Counted from the first letter of the stretch, positions 10,449 to 21,016 are shown. The stretch: 64,000 nucleotides of DNA from a virus (IMGVR_UViG_3300020112_000942:52949-116948); one strand, 5' to 3'. A program made the numbers and translations. Notes: generated by a model from the sequence alone, not told the origin.

Positions 10449-11357
10449 TTAGAAACCGAATCCGTTCTGATTAGGAGCCTGTGTCTTGCCCTTTACATTA
10501 GCCTTCTGCTTTGCCTCTTCAATTCTTACCTTACGCTCATCGAGTGCCTGCTTAACAGCATCATTGTCGTAAGAGTAATCTTCCTCAAGACCAGAAGCAG
10601 AACCACCAAGAATGATAAGCTCCTTACGAGAAACTGTCTTGGTTCTTACGATTGGCTCACCGAAGCCCTGCTCTTCTGTCCAAGTCTTAGTAGACTGGTT
10701 GATGCTGATTGCGCCGTTAAGGTTAACTGTATCACCTTCAGACCAGTTCTGCTCAATGAAGTTTACTGCATTTGCAGACTCAGCAATGAGGTCAATAACA
10801 TCAAGTCTGCCGCCGTATCTTACAACACCGAACTTAACCTTAAGTCTACCAGTGTCATCACCGTTGCCGTCAACTTCATTAGTCTTAGTAAGAATAATAC
10901 CAGAAAGCTCGAATGTAGCACCCTCAGTGAAATCGCTTGTGTTACGAGGAGCGTTCATGAAGTTTGTAGAAATCTGGAATGTACTTCTCTCTTCACCAGA
11001 GTTAGGGTCAATCCAAATGTTCTCTTCAAGATGACCAGCATTGATAACAACCTTAGATGCAAGCTCTGGCTGATTCTCTGGGCAAGCCGCAAGAGAAGTA
11101 AACTGGTCCTTGTACTTTACGATGCTCTGATAAATCTTGTTGGCACCGCCGTCCTTCTTAAGAGCCATGGAGAACATTCTTACTGGAATCTCACACTCAA
11201 CAGCCTTACCGTTGATTTCCTGGTCTACCTTTACTGTAGCCTTACAAGAAACGTATCCTCTGCCGTCAGCGGTCTACTTTTCCTCAATATCGAGGTCCTT
11301 AAGGATACCTGCAATCTCAACAACGTTTGTACTTTCTCTCTCTTTAATATTCAACAT
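10449..11357 (-). CDS. Single-stranded DNA-binding protein-like (tandem OB-fold-like), 302 aa, one in-frame TAG at codon 28
   Basis: RBS GGAGGA then ATG 11357, in frame with track ORF 10449..11177. MLNIKERESTNVVEIAGILKDLDIEEK*TADGRGYV..., TAG at 11274-11276. Next to a Sak4-like gene; C-terminal aromatic tail. Confidence 0.7.
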
Positions 11358-11403
11358 AACATTTTCCTCCGATAAATTAAAATAAAGTAAATCAGGAAAT
11401 CAA

Positions 11404-11422
11404 CGGGGACTTAATGTCCCCG
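11404..11422 (-). terminator. GC-rich hairpin between the wHTH gene and the SSB gene
   Basis: CGGGGAC/GTCCCCG inverted repeat. Confidence 0.5.
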
Positions 11423-11467
11423 GATTCCTTTTGGAACTTAATTGTTCCGTCCGCCGTGAAAGATAAA

Positions 11468-11764
11468 TTACTCAGCAATCTCTGCAGCTGCTGCATCTGG
11501 GTCAAATGCTGCACCAGCTTCTGTGAGGTAGAATACGGAAACTTCCTTCTCCTTGCCGTCAACCTCACGGATTTCCTTCTCACGAACTGCGTAACCCTTG
11601 TTTACAAGACCAGTAACAGAACCTGTAACAGAACCAGAATGCTCGAAACCGAGAGCTGTCTGAACTTCCTTAGTTGTAAACTTAACGCCTACGCCATTAC
11701 CCTTGAGATAATCGAAAACCTTTCTTGAATTTGCTGTCATAGTACCCTTCTTTGCTGTTGCCAT
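11468..11764 (-). CDS. Small winged-helix DNA-binding protein
   Basis: VFDYLK...FTTKEVQTALG...VTGLVNKGY...FYLTEAG wHTH pattern; own promoter at 11835-11863. Confidence 0.7.
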   Translation of the reverse strand: MATAKKGTMTANSRKVFDYLKGNGVGVKFTTKEVQTALGFEHSGSVTGSVTGLVNKGYAVREKEIREVDGKEKEVSVFYLTEAGAAFDPDAAAAEIAE

Positions 11765-11881
11765 TTTACATCACTCCTTTAATTAAATTAGTTTTATAAA
11801 AGATAGCTTGGCGTGCTATTCTTTTAACATATTTATTATATCATATCCTGTTAAGAAAGTCAAGTTTTTAACTTTCAAGGA

Positions 11882-12259
11882 TTATGAATCAAGTTTGGAT
11901 TGCAATATCTCTTCCAACTCACTTAGCATTTCATTTGCTTTCATAAGTGATTCAATCTGCTTTTTCGCTCTGATTAAGCAAAAGCTGATAGCGGAGCCGA
12001 TATATGCAATATCTTTTATAGTAAGGGGTTCATCACCCTTAACCTTTGCTAAAACCTTTTCATATTTTTCAGAATCGGTTTTAAGTCCTGCCGCAAATTT
12101 TTCTGCTTTTTGGTCTTTGAATAAAGATGTCATAACATTGTTCTTATTATTAGTTACTGGTGCAAGATAATTGTAATAAGTATCAAGCACAGCTTGTAAC
12201 GCAGCCATGACAGGGTCTTTATTCTTAACAATGATTTCTTGTTTCTGTTCAAGTGTCAT
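11882..12259 (-). CDS. Hypothetical protein
   Basis: ATG 12259 after GAGGGG; promoter at 12285-12313. Confidence 0.7.
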   Translation of the reverse strand: MTLEQKQEIIVKNKDPVMAALQAVLDTYYNYLAPVTNNKNNVMTSLFKDQKAEKFAAGLKTDSEKYEKVLAKVKGDEPLTIKDIAYIGSAISFCLIRAKKQIESLMKANEMLSELEEILQSKLDS

Positions 12260-12324
12260 TGGTATCCCCTCACTTTCTATATTTATTATATCATAGATGT
12301 TGGTGAAAGTCAAGTTTTTGACTT

Positions 12325-14685
12325 TCAGGCTTTCACCAAATCTACAACTCTTATACCCTCAGGCAACTTCATAGCCATAACGCCAGTTGCATCTCTTGAA
12401 AGAGTTCTGAGTCCAGCGGTATCAAATCTTATTGTTCCTTTATTTGATATAATAATTATATCACAATCTTTATCTAAAGTCAAGAATTTAACTATCTCAT
12501 CGTTCCCACGAGTACCAGAAATCTTCTTGCCCTTGATACCACGGTTGCTTACAGGGAAGTCACTCATAGAGGCTTTCTTTATAAGACCAGCGGCGGAAAT
12601 AGTAATAAGATTATTACCCTTAACAATGCGAGAATCAATTACAGAGTCGCCTTCGGATAACTTAATACCCTTAACACCCATAGAAACTCGACCTATCGCA
12701 TTTATATCTTCTGTATTTATTATAACAAAATTTCCGTTGGAAGTCAAGATTCCGACTTTTTCATTTTTGATAAAATGAACGGAAATTACTTCGTCATCAT
12801 CTTTAAGGTTGATAGCCTTAAGAGACTTACCTCTCTTCTTTTCATACTCTGATGCGGCAGTCTTCTTTACCATACCATTCTTTGTGACAAATACAAAGTA
12901 GTCAAAGTCATCCTTCTTGTATAAAGAAGTGAGAGTAGTTGTATGCTCACCGACTTCAAACTCAAACAATTGATTTATATTGACCTTTGCATTGATAGGG
13001 AGGTCGTCCATTGCAATACTATACATCAATCCCTTGTTTGTAAATACAAGCAAAGAACCAAAGTTATCATTGGCAAATGTATGAGTAATTACCTCAGTAT
13101 CTTTCAACTTAAGTGAAGTACCCTTGCCGCCACGCTTTGTCTTCATAAGTGTAGAAGACTCCTGTGTATAAATATTGCCGAGATTTGTGTAGTGAACAAT
13201 AAGTTCCTTTCTCTCAATAGGTTCAGCCTTCTCTTCCTCACCAGAGAAATCAAAGTTCAACATAGTTGTTCTACGCTCATCACCATATTTTGCGGCAACA
13301 GAACGTAATCCTTCTTCAATCTCTTTGTTGAGAAGTTCTCTATTTTCAAGAATATCAGTATGAGTCTTTCTATCAGCTTGAAGTTTCTTTAACTCTCCGT
13401 GGAAAGCCTCGATTTCAAGGTGTGCCAACTTAGCAAGTTTAATATCAAGAATAGCCTTAACCTGCTCTTCGTTGAAGCCATACTTTTCCATAAGTTTTGT
13501 CTTAGCTAATGCAGTTGTTTCTGAACCTCTGATAATTGCAATAACATTATCTACGTCTGCAAGAGCTTTAATGATACCCTCAACAATGTTGATACGCTCA
13601 TCAATCTTACGGATTTCATACTTGTGAATTTTTGTTCTGACTACAACTTCATGGTCAAGATGTGCCTGCAATGCCTCTTTCCAAGTGAATACCTTTGGTC
13701 TTGTACCCATATCAAGCATTGTGAAGTTAATAGGGTATACATAATCAAGGCTTGTTTCCTTATAAAGAGTCTTTACCATCTTAGATGGATTTACACCTTT
13801 TTCAAGAACAATCTTAAGGTTACATTCCATTGTAGAGAAATCTTTAATACCATTCTGAGCAATACCCACAATGATACCATCATTCATCTTCTTTACAATT
13901 TGCTCAGTAATGGAGTCAATATAAACACCATATGGTGAGTCTGTAAAAGTAAGAGAATTATCCTCAGCATCATATGTAACCTGTGCCCTCATTCTTACGC
14001 CACCCTTACCAGTAAGCATAGCTTGCTTTACAGCGTCGGCATTAAGAACTGTGGTCTTAGTCGCAAAGTCAGGAGGACAATAGATTTCTTCAAAATCTAC
14101 ATCAGGATTGTTCAACAGCTTAATGAGAGCATTATTAACTTCTCTTAAATTAAACTGAGGAATTGAACTTGCCATACCAGTTGCAATACCCATTGTACCA
14201 TTACAAATATTGTAATAGCCCAAAGATGGTAATACACTTGGATGTGGTACGTTTGGTGAATGTCCTTCAAACCAAACATCAATACAATCCTTTTTAATTC
14301 CTTCGTACAATGCTTCGCCGAGAACTCCAAGTCTCATATGTGTATATCTTGCGTGAGCCTGCTTACCAGAGGAAATAGTACCATACTGACCCTTAAACTC
14401 TACAAGTGGATAACGCATATTATAACATCTTGATAGTTGAGTTAAAAGGTCATAACAAGCCGCATCACCGTGGTCATAGAATTTCTTCATGGATTCACCA
14501 GTGGATACAACTGATTTCTCAAATGGCTTTGAATGTACAAGTCCTTCAAGTTTCTGTGCATACATACACATTCTTGCCGCAGGCTTTAAACAGTCACGTG
14601 CATCTATGAGGGCACGCTTTTGAATAGTCATGCCCGCATAAATAGAGAAACTGTCGTCAACAATATCTTTTAAATTGTATTCCAT
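12325..14685 (-). CDS. gyrA: Type IIA topoisomerase subunit A (GyrA-like)
   Basis: DARDCLKP, HGD, catalytic ARYT, GIATGMASSIP; C-terminal pinwheel repeats with a KRGGKG GyrA-box-like motif. Confidence 0.93.
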   Translation of the reverse strand: MEYNLKDIVDDSFSIYAGMTIQKRALIDARDCLKPAARMCMYAQKLEGLVHSKPFEKSVVSTGESMKKFYDHGDAACYDLLTQLSRCYNMRYPLVEFKGQYGTISSGKQAHARYTHMRLGVLGEALYEGIKKDCIDVWFEGHSPNVPHPSVLPSLGYYNICNGTMGIATGMASSIPQFNLREVNNALIKLLNNPDVDFEEIYCPPDFATKTTVLNADAVKQAMLTGKGGVRMRAQVTYDAEDNSLTFTDSPYGVYIDSITEQIVKKMNDGIIVGIAQNGIKDFSTMECNLKIVLEKGVNPSKMVKTLYKETSLDYVYPINFTMLDMGTRPKVFTWKEALQAHLDHEVVVRTKIHKYEIRKIDERINIVEGIIKALADVDNVIAIIRGSETTALAKTKLMEKYGFNEEQVKAILDIKLAKLAHLEIEAFHGELKKLQADRKTHTDILENRELLNKEIEEGLRSVAAKYGDERRTTMLNFDFSGEEEKAEPIERKELIVHYTNLGNIYTQESSTLMKTKRGGKGTSLKLKDTEVITHTFANDNFGSLLVFTNKGLMYSIAMDDLPINAKVNINQLFEFEVGEHTTTLTSLYKKDDFDYFVFVTKNGMVKKTAASEYEKKRGKSLKAINLKDDDEVISVHFIKNEKVGILTSNGNFVIINTEDINAIGRVSMGVKGIKLSEGDSVIDSRIVKGNNLITISAAGLIKKASMSDFPVSNRGIKGKKISGTRGNDEIVKFLTLDKDCDIIIISNKGTIRFDTAGLRTLSRDATGVMAMKLPEGIRVVDLVKA

Positions 14686-14742
14686 AACATCTCTCCTTTC
14701 TATAATATAATTATATCACGATTTTCCTTAAAAGTCAAATAA

Positions 14743-16605
14743 TTAGGAAACTCCACCATATTTAGAAAAGTCAATATTATTCATAATAAATTCTTTTCTA
14801 TACTGAACTTCATCACCCATAAGATGACATAACTGTTCGATACCCTCTTCTGAGTACACAATCTGGTCAAGTCTCTGACCACCAGTTGTAGAGAACATAG
14901 TTGTAGCAATATCAATATTCTCCAACTGACCAAGACCTTTGATTCTCTCAAGGTGTCCCTTAATTGAACCCTTAGCTTTGGCGGCGATAAGTTCCTCATC
15001 AGTGTAGTACCATGATAATGGAGTCATATCCTTATCATATGCAATATGAAGAGGACAACGTAACCAATATAGTCTATTCTCTCTTAAGAATTGAGGACAG
15101 ATTCTATGGAGATTTGCCATAATAAGTAAAGCAATATGTCCACCGTCATCATCGGCGTCGACACAAATAGCAATACTACCATAACGAAGTTTCTTTGGGT
15201 CATAATGGTCAGGGTCAATTCCGAGAGCATAGATAAGAAGTTCAATCTCCTTATTAGCAAAATACTCTTCATCGTCCTTTTCCTTAAGACCGTTCTTCAT
15301 CTTACCTCTAAGTTTCAATACTCCATACTTCTTATAGTCACGACCAATGATAATTGATTCACCCGCAGAATCACCCTCTACGATACAAAGAACAGAGTTT
15401 TCACCCAATACATCTGCGTCTTTTAACTTGTCGATGAAAGCAACTTTCTGCTTTCTTAGGTCATTCATCTTCTTTGTTCTATTAAGAGCAGCCTCTCTTG
15501 CTTTATCAGCAGCCTTCTCTGCAGCGGCGAACTTGTTCATCATTTCAATGATTGGAGTAAAGTCTGGTGAATTAGCAAATTCCTCAAGACCTTCCTTAAA
15601 TGCGGCAGATGCAAGTGTTCTTAAATTTGGGTTGTTAATCTTTGATTTTGTCTGGTTTGCAAAAGAAGGATTTGCAACCTTACAGTTAATTGCATATACT
15701 AATCCCTTACGGATAAGCTCTGGGTCAAAGTCCTTACCAGACAAACGCTTAATTGAAGTGGTAATAGTTGTCTTCGCACCTGTTACTGGTGTACCGCCCT
15801 CTGGACAGAATAAACCATTAACAAATACATAAGACTGACCAGGGTCACCAGTCCACATAAAAGCAACTTCAATTTCATCAACACCATCTGTTTTAGAAAT
15901 AATAATTGGAGCCTTCATAAGAGGTCTTTTGATATTGTCTTCAATGAAGTCTGCAATACCATTTTCAGAATAAAATTCTTTAGACTGTCCGCCCTTTTCG
16001 CTCACAACAAATTTAATACCCTTGTTAAGATAAGAAATATTCTTAATCTCTGAACAGATTCTGTCATAAGAGAAACACTTCTCTGCATTGACAAAAACCT
16101 CTTCATCAGGTCTGAAGACAATTTTAGTACCGTTTGGCTCCTTTGTCTTTGATTCATTGTAGCTTTTCAAATTACCCTGCCAAAATTCAGCACGAGCCAT
16201 TGTACCATCTCTGTAACTTTCAACAACAAAAGAAACAGAAGACATACATACGGCTGTACCACCAATACCATTAAGACCAGAACTGTTCTTATAAGCATTT
16301 TTATCAAACTTACCACCAGTATGGCTTTCAGTATAAATGGCTACAAGAATGTTCTTTCCATCCTTTACGCCGAATGGAACACCACGTCCATAGTCTCTTA
16401 CCGTGACAGTAGTATTATCTTCTACGGTAATCTCAATCTTATTACCATAACCAGCAAGAGCCTCGTCAGTGGAGTTATTGATGATTTCTTTCAAAGCTTG
16501 ATAGATACCCTCGGTATCATCAGAGCCGAGATACATCTGGATACGAGTACGCATAGCTTCTCGTGTTTCCAAATGTTCGATATTTTCAATACCGTAGTTG
16601 CCCAT
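14743..16605 (-). CDS. gyrB: Type IIA topoisomerase subunit B (GyrB-like)
   Basis: EIINNSTDE, DYGRGVP, GLNGIG, VEGDSA, DADDDG, RIKGLG. Confidence 0.95.
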   Translation of the reverse strand: MGNYGIENIEHLETREAMRTRIQMYLGSDDTEGIYQALKEIINNSTDEALAGYGNKIEITVEDNTTVTVRDYGRGVPFGVKDGKNILVAIYTESHTGGKFDKNAYKNSSGLNGIGGTAVCMSSVSFVVESYRDGTMARAEFWQGNLKSYNESKTKEPNGTKIVFRPDEEVFVNAEKCFSYDRICSEIKNISYLNKGIKFVVSEKGGQSKEFYSENGIADFIEDNIKRPLMKAPIIISKTDGVDEIEVAFMWTGDPGQSYVFVNGLFCPEGGTPVTGAKTTITTSIKRLSGKDFDPELIRKGLVYAINCKVANPSFANQTKSKINNPNLRTLASAAFKEGLEEFANSPDFTPIIEMMNKFAAAEKAADKAREAALNRTKKMNDLRKQKVAFIDKLKDADVLGENSVLCIVEGDSAGESIIIGRDYKKYGVLKLRGKMKNGLKEKDDEEYFANKEIELLIYALGIDPDHYDPKKLRYGSIAICVDADDDGGHIALLIMANLHRICPQFLRENRLYWLRCPLHIAYDKDMTPLSWYYTDEELIAAKAKGSIKGHLERIKGLGQLENIDIATTMFSTTGGQRLDQIVYSEEGIEQLCHLMGDEVQYRKEFIMNNIDFSKYGGVS

Positions 16606-16691
16606 CGTATCACTCCTTTTCTTGATTTTCTATAATTAGTATAACACAAAATAAAAAGAAAGTCAAGAAATTAATCCTGACTTTCTTCCTT

Positions 16692-16931
16692 TTAATCGCC
16701 AAATCCACCAGAAAGCATATCATCTTCCTCTCGACTTAGCTCATCAATAGCATTTTGAATCGCCTTTTTATATGGCGGCATAGGATTATAGTATTCATTG
16801 CAACAATTTACTTGTCGCTGATTTGGCGTACCAAGGCAAAGTTCGCAATTTCCGCAACCTTCCGCTCCACCATTTGACTGAGCAAGGGCACAGGTCTTGC
16901 AAATACAAAAATTACATTTTGAAGCACCCAT
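16692..16931 (-). CDS. Cys-rich hypothetical protein
   Basis: CNFCICKTC...CGNCELC...CC; start overlaps the FTR stop codon. Confidence 0.6.
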   Translation of the reverse strand: MGASKCNFCICKTCALAQSNGGAEGCGNCELCLGTPNQRQVNCCNEYYNPMPPYKKAIQNAIDELSREEDDMLSGGFGD

Positions 16932-17158
16932 TACATTTCCTCCTTTACATAGAGGCCGCAATGACAAGTCTCTCCCACTTGCACCTCTTCACGAAACGCC
17001 TTGCAAGGACAAATAAAATCTTCGTGATTTTCTGCTGAATAGAAACCACAAGGAACACAAGGACAATACCTTTCTCCATATAGTTTTTTATTCTTTGCAA
17101 GTTTATCCTTGATTTCTCCAACAAGAACAATATCTTCTTTACTAACTGTAAACTTCAA
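16931..17158 (-). CDS. Ferredoxin:thioredoxin reductase catalytic (beta) subunit-like
   Basis: YGERYCPC...ICPC...CHCGLY, the CPC/CPC/CHC signature. Start TTG 17158 inferred from the GAGGTG spacing. Confidence 0.85.
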   Translation of the reverse strand: MKFTVSKEDIVLVGEIKDKLAKNKKLYGERYCPCVPCGFYSAENHEDFICPCKAFREEVQVGETCHCGLYVKEEM

Positions 17159-17663
17159 TTCCAAGCACCTCTTCAATATTTTTAGCATATTGATTATCCG
17201 AAGCTAATCTTATACCAAGTAAATCATCATATCTTCCTTCATTATCTGGGATAAATCTACCAAATTTGATAATAATATTGGCAAAACTATGACCATGAAT
17301 ATACAGCTCTCTATACTTGCAACGGTCAATCTCTGACTCATTATATCCAGTATAGATAACTAAATCAACATTTTTAAGTTGCCACGCTTTTGAATCTTGA
17401 ACGAACTTCATCAAATCATAGAAATCATCAAAAGGTTCAAGACCTCCAATAACAATTGCTTTTATTACTGGATTGTCGGCTACTGTTTGCAATATATTTT
17501 TATTATCAAAATCAATAGTAGGTGAGGCGGCGAGCGGTGAATTTTGACACACCGCTCTACCACACTCTTTATCACATTTGAAACTACAAGTATGTGTACC
17601 GATAAATACACACGGAGTCTTATAGTTTACCAAATCCAAAAAGTTTATGTCTTTTACTTTCAT
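17139..17663 (-). CDS. nrdG: Anaerobic RNR activating radical-SAM protein
   Basis: CSFKC..EC, GGLEPF, IYTGY, KFGRF, ASDNQ; adjacent to nrdD; ends TAG-TAA. Confidence 0.85.
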
Positions 17664-19600
17664 TTACTCTCCAATTTGTTAATGCTTGCCCAACGTCTCA
17701 TACTGTATTCTGCTTTTCTTGGCTTAGACCAAGTTGTAATCTTTGTCATAAATCCAACAACACGAGTATACTCACCAGACATTGGCTTACCGCAATGAGG
17801 ACAAGTTGTACCATAGAATGCATGGTTATCCTCACAACACTGAATCTTTGTATTAAATGCAAAATATGTTACGCCCTTATCAGCTACATATTCTGTCATT
17901 GAACGAGCCTTCTCATAAGAGTCAAATGGAGCATCAATGTTCGCATGAAGAATTGAACCGCCGTTACAGAATCCATCAAACATAGCCTGAACTCTTACTC
18001 TCTCTTCAAGTGTAGCCTGAATACCAAGTGGCATAAACTGATTACCATAAAGAGGAAGGTCGTAAATCTTAGCTGTAGGATAGAAGAATCTGTCTTTCCT
18101 CATAAGTTTTGCGGCAGCATTTTCGCCAGGAATCTGCTCTGTGTTTATCTTATAATCGCATTCGTTCTCTTCGATAAACTTATCTGCCACTTCACGAATT
18201 GTCTTGAAGATTCTTTCACCAAACTCGGCAGCCTCCTGTGTGTAGAATGTATTGCCGAGCTTATCCTGATATGTACAACCGAATTTCTTCATTGTCTCAT
18301 AAATGCCGATAAATCCAACTGTGTTATAAAGATGCTCAAAGTCAATAAGTCCATAAGAGAAGTTTGGAAGAAGTCCTTTCTCAACATTTCTCTTGATGAT
18401 ATGACGAACAACATGGAGAGCACGAATAGCACAAAGAGTTCTTTCTTCCAGCTCTTTGATATACTCATCCTTTGTATTTGTATCAAGGGCAAGTCTTGCA
18501 AGATTAATTGTATTAACCTTTACAGAACCAACCTTGAGTGCAGTACCACCAATAGAATTGAAATATCCGAGGTCACGAATATCACTCTTAAGGCGGCAAC
18601 AATTGGAAAGGCTTGATACATTATCGTCAATAAACATATTACTGTCAGACCAAATCATATTGTGTCTGATTGCCCATTCAGCAAACTCTTCATCAAGGAA
18701 CTTACCATCCTTACGAACAAGGGAAATGGTAGAAACAGGGAAAGTAAACATATTTTCCTTTCTTACCTCTGCCATTTCTTCCATATAGAGTTTCTGGAAA
18801 GCAACAATTCCTTCAATATGGTCAACCATAAATTCACCATTAGGGAACTCTGCTCCGCCGAATAACGCCATAAGATATTCACGGTCAAATACAGAAGTAT
18901 TTGTAAATGCAGACTGCTGTCCATCACGAACGCAAGGCTGATTTACCGCATATATGAATCTCTGAACCTGCTGTCTTGAAAGAGTTTCAAAATCTGTCAT
19001 ACCGAGATACTTATTCTCAATATCCTTCTTACAGAAGTAATATAAATAAGGAATAAGATTTGGTAATCCAACAGCACCAGAAGTTCTGTTACTTGCAAAA
19101 TTGATATACTCCTTTACAAAATCAACAAAAGTCTCAGCGTGTTTTGGTGGCTTAGCATTGAAAGAATCACCGAGGAAGTATAGACCTCTTTCTGCAACGT
19201 CCTTTAAATCATAAGCGAAACAGTATGATTTGAATGTTGATGTGTCTGCGTCGTGAAGATACAGCTCTCCTACCCATTCACGTCTTAACCAGTCGTTGGC
19301 AGCGGAAAATCCATAAGCCTCCTGAAATTCCTGATAAATCTTATTGAAAGCAATAAGTTTTCTGTGTGGCTTAGGCATTTCTGTAAGTAAAGTTACAATA
19401 TCGCTACGACCAACATTACTGTTTGGGTCAATACTTGCATCAGCAACAACCTTGGTATCAACGAAATTATCCAAAAATTCAAGATGATTAAGTTGCTCAT
19501 CTGCAAAACCGTTTAACTTGGCAAGCTCAGTACCATACTCATTCTGCATTTGGTTGTATCGAGTGGTAAAGTTCTTTCCGCATTTGATGTTAATTAGCAT
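17660..19600 (-). CDS. nrdD: Class III (anaerobic) ribonucleotide reductase, redoxin-type active site, no ATP cone
   Basis: LYLHD, YCFAY, SNCCRL, PGEN, GGSILH, CPHCG and the glycyl loop TRVVGF. Confidence 0.93.
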   Translation of the reverse strand: MLINIKCGKNFTTRYNQMQNEYGTELAKLNGFADEQLNHLEFLDNFVDTKVVADASIDPNSNVGRSDIVTLLTEMPKPHRKLIAFNKIYQEFQEAYGFSAANDWLRREWVGELYLHDADTSTFKSYCFAYDLKDVAERGLYFLGDSFNAKPPKHAETFVDFVKEYINFASNRTSGAVGLPNLIPYLYYFCKKDIENKYLGMTDFETLSRQQVQRFIYAVNQPCVRDGQQSAFTNTSVFDREYLMALFGGAEFPNGEFMVDHIEGIVAFQKLYMEEMAEVRKENMFTFPVSTISLVRKDGKFLDEEFAEWAIRHNMIWSDSNMFIDDNVSSLSNCCRLKSDIRDLGYFNSIGGTALKVGSVKVNTINLARLALDTNTKDEYIKELEERTLCAIRALHVVRHIIKRNVEKGLLPNFSYGLIDFEHLYNTVGFIGIYETMKKFGCTYQDKLGNTFYTQEAAEFGERIFKTIREVADKFIEENECDYKINTEQIPGENAAAKLMRKDRFFYPTAKIYDLPLYGNQFMPLGIQATLEERVRVQAMFDGFCNGGSILHANIDAPFDSYEKARSMTEYVADKGVTYFAFNTKIQCCEDNHAFYGTTCPHCGKPMSGEYTRVVGFMTKITTWSKPRKAEYSMRRWASINKLESK

Positions 19601-19808
19601 TTTGTTCACCTACCCATTTAATTGCATCGGCAAATTCAAAAGCGCCATGGTCTGTTACAAGAATCGGAACAGTTGTGTATCCCCATGCAGTACAGAACTC
19701 CATAATCTCTTGATTGTCGTCGCATAATTCATACTCAATTCCTGCGGCGTCAAGTTTCTTTTTCAAAACTTCACACTTAGGACAGTGAGTGGTATAAAGT
19801 TTAACCAT
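19590..19808 (-). CDS. nrdH: Glutaredoxin-like protein (NrdH-like)
   Basis: CPKC, TVP motif; overlaps the nrdD start; promoter at 19843-19871. Confidence 0.8.
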   Translation of the reverse strand: MVKLYTTHCPKCEVLKKKLDAAGIEYELCDDNQEIMEFCTAWGYTTVPILVTDHGAFEFADAIKWVGEQNAN

Positions 19809-19955
19809 AATCCTTCAACTCCTTTTTATTTTCTATAATATAATTATACCACGAAGTATAATTAAAGTCAAGATTTTGTATAGATAAAGTAAAAATCAGA
19901 TGGTTTTCCTCTAACGTTTTTGCGTCATTTTATGAAAATCATCTGATTTTTTGTT

Positions 19956-20480
19956 TTAATATAAACTTGTTTCTTTTGTTTCGTTTGCAGTCTCTTTACC
20001 CCAAACTGCAAGCTGGTCTACCATCTCATTGTACTTGTTGCCAGAGTGACCCTTTACCTTAACAAATTCGAGAACAGAGAAAGAGTTCTTGATATTCTTG
20101 AGCATATTCCAAGTCTCTTTGATAATTTCAAGGTTCTCAATCTTCTCGTGTTTCTTTCCTCTTGTCCAGCCGTTACGCTCCCAACCAGCAGCCCACTGTG
20201 TGTAAATGTTAAGTGCATAAGCAGAGTCGGTGTAAATAGTGCAGAGTCCTTCTTTGTCTTTTGTGGATTCAACGAAATTACGGACGGCGGCGTATATTGC
20301 ATAAAGTTCCATAGCGTTATTTGTAGTCTCTGGAGAGCCACCATTTCTTGATTCAACCTGCTCGCCATCAACCAACTTGATATAACCCCAGCCGCCTGCA
20401 ACACGCACATACTCACCATCAATCTTCTTCATGGTTGCGGCACCATCTGTGTAGTATTCAAAGTTTGTATAATTTCCCAT
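19956..20480 (-). CDS. rnhA: Ribonuclease HI
   Basis: YTDGA, TTNNAMELYA, YTDSAY, VKGHSG, NEMVDQLA. Confidence 0.93.
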   Translation of the reverse strand: MGNYTNFEYYTDGAATMKKIDGEYVRVAGGWGYIKLVDGEQVESRNGGSPETTNNAMELYAIYAAVRNFVESTKDKEGLCTIYTDSAYALNIYTQWAAGWERNGWTRGKKHEKIENLEIIKETWNMLKNIKNSFSVLEFVKVKGHSGNKYNEMVDQLAVWGKETANETKETSLY

Positions 20481-20575
20481 AGAAATTCCTCCTTATCTTT
20501 AATGTAATTATATTATATCACAATAAAAATAAAAAGTCAAATAATTAAAGGGCAGATTGCTCTGCCCCTCAATTG

Positions 20576-21016
20576 TTATTCAGCTTCCCAAGTCATCATT
20601 TCATCATACAATTCATGCACATATGAGTTACCGCCAAGCTCCTCGTAAGCGGCAAACAAGAAACAAATGTCTTGCTTTACATTATGAGGGAATTTCTTTT
20701 CCCTACAATACTTATAATATACTTCTGTAATAGAATGTCGTATTGAAACTTCTTGGTTCTTTTGTGTTTTAACTAACATATCATTAAGTCCTTGATTGTC
20801 AGCATTGACTTTTTCAAAGCCTTTATCAACTTTTTCAACCAAAGATATTAACGAATTTTTGAACTCCTCTTTCTACTGGTCTACCTCTTCTTTCAATCTT
20901 AAATCACTCTCATCCGGCTCTTTTTTCGCTTTAATAACATCAACAATAACCTTACCTAAAACACCTATTAAACCACCGACACCAGCAAAAACAGCAGCGA
21001 TTAATGCTTCACTCAT
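20576..21016 (-). CDS. Putative holin-like membrane protein, 146 aa, one in-frame TAG
   Basis: Track ORFs 20873..21064 and 20576..20842 are in one frame, joined by TAG 20873-20875. N-terminal TM (ALIAAVFAGVGGLIGVLG) and C-terminal YEELGGNSYVHELY, a motif I associate with Firmicutes phage lysis-region proteins. Confidence 0.6.

Noticed and set aside
10377-11375. 332-aa plus-strand ORF
   Set aside because: Antisense shadow of the SSB-like gene, with no RBS and no motif.
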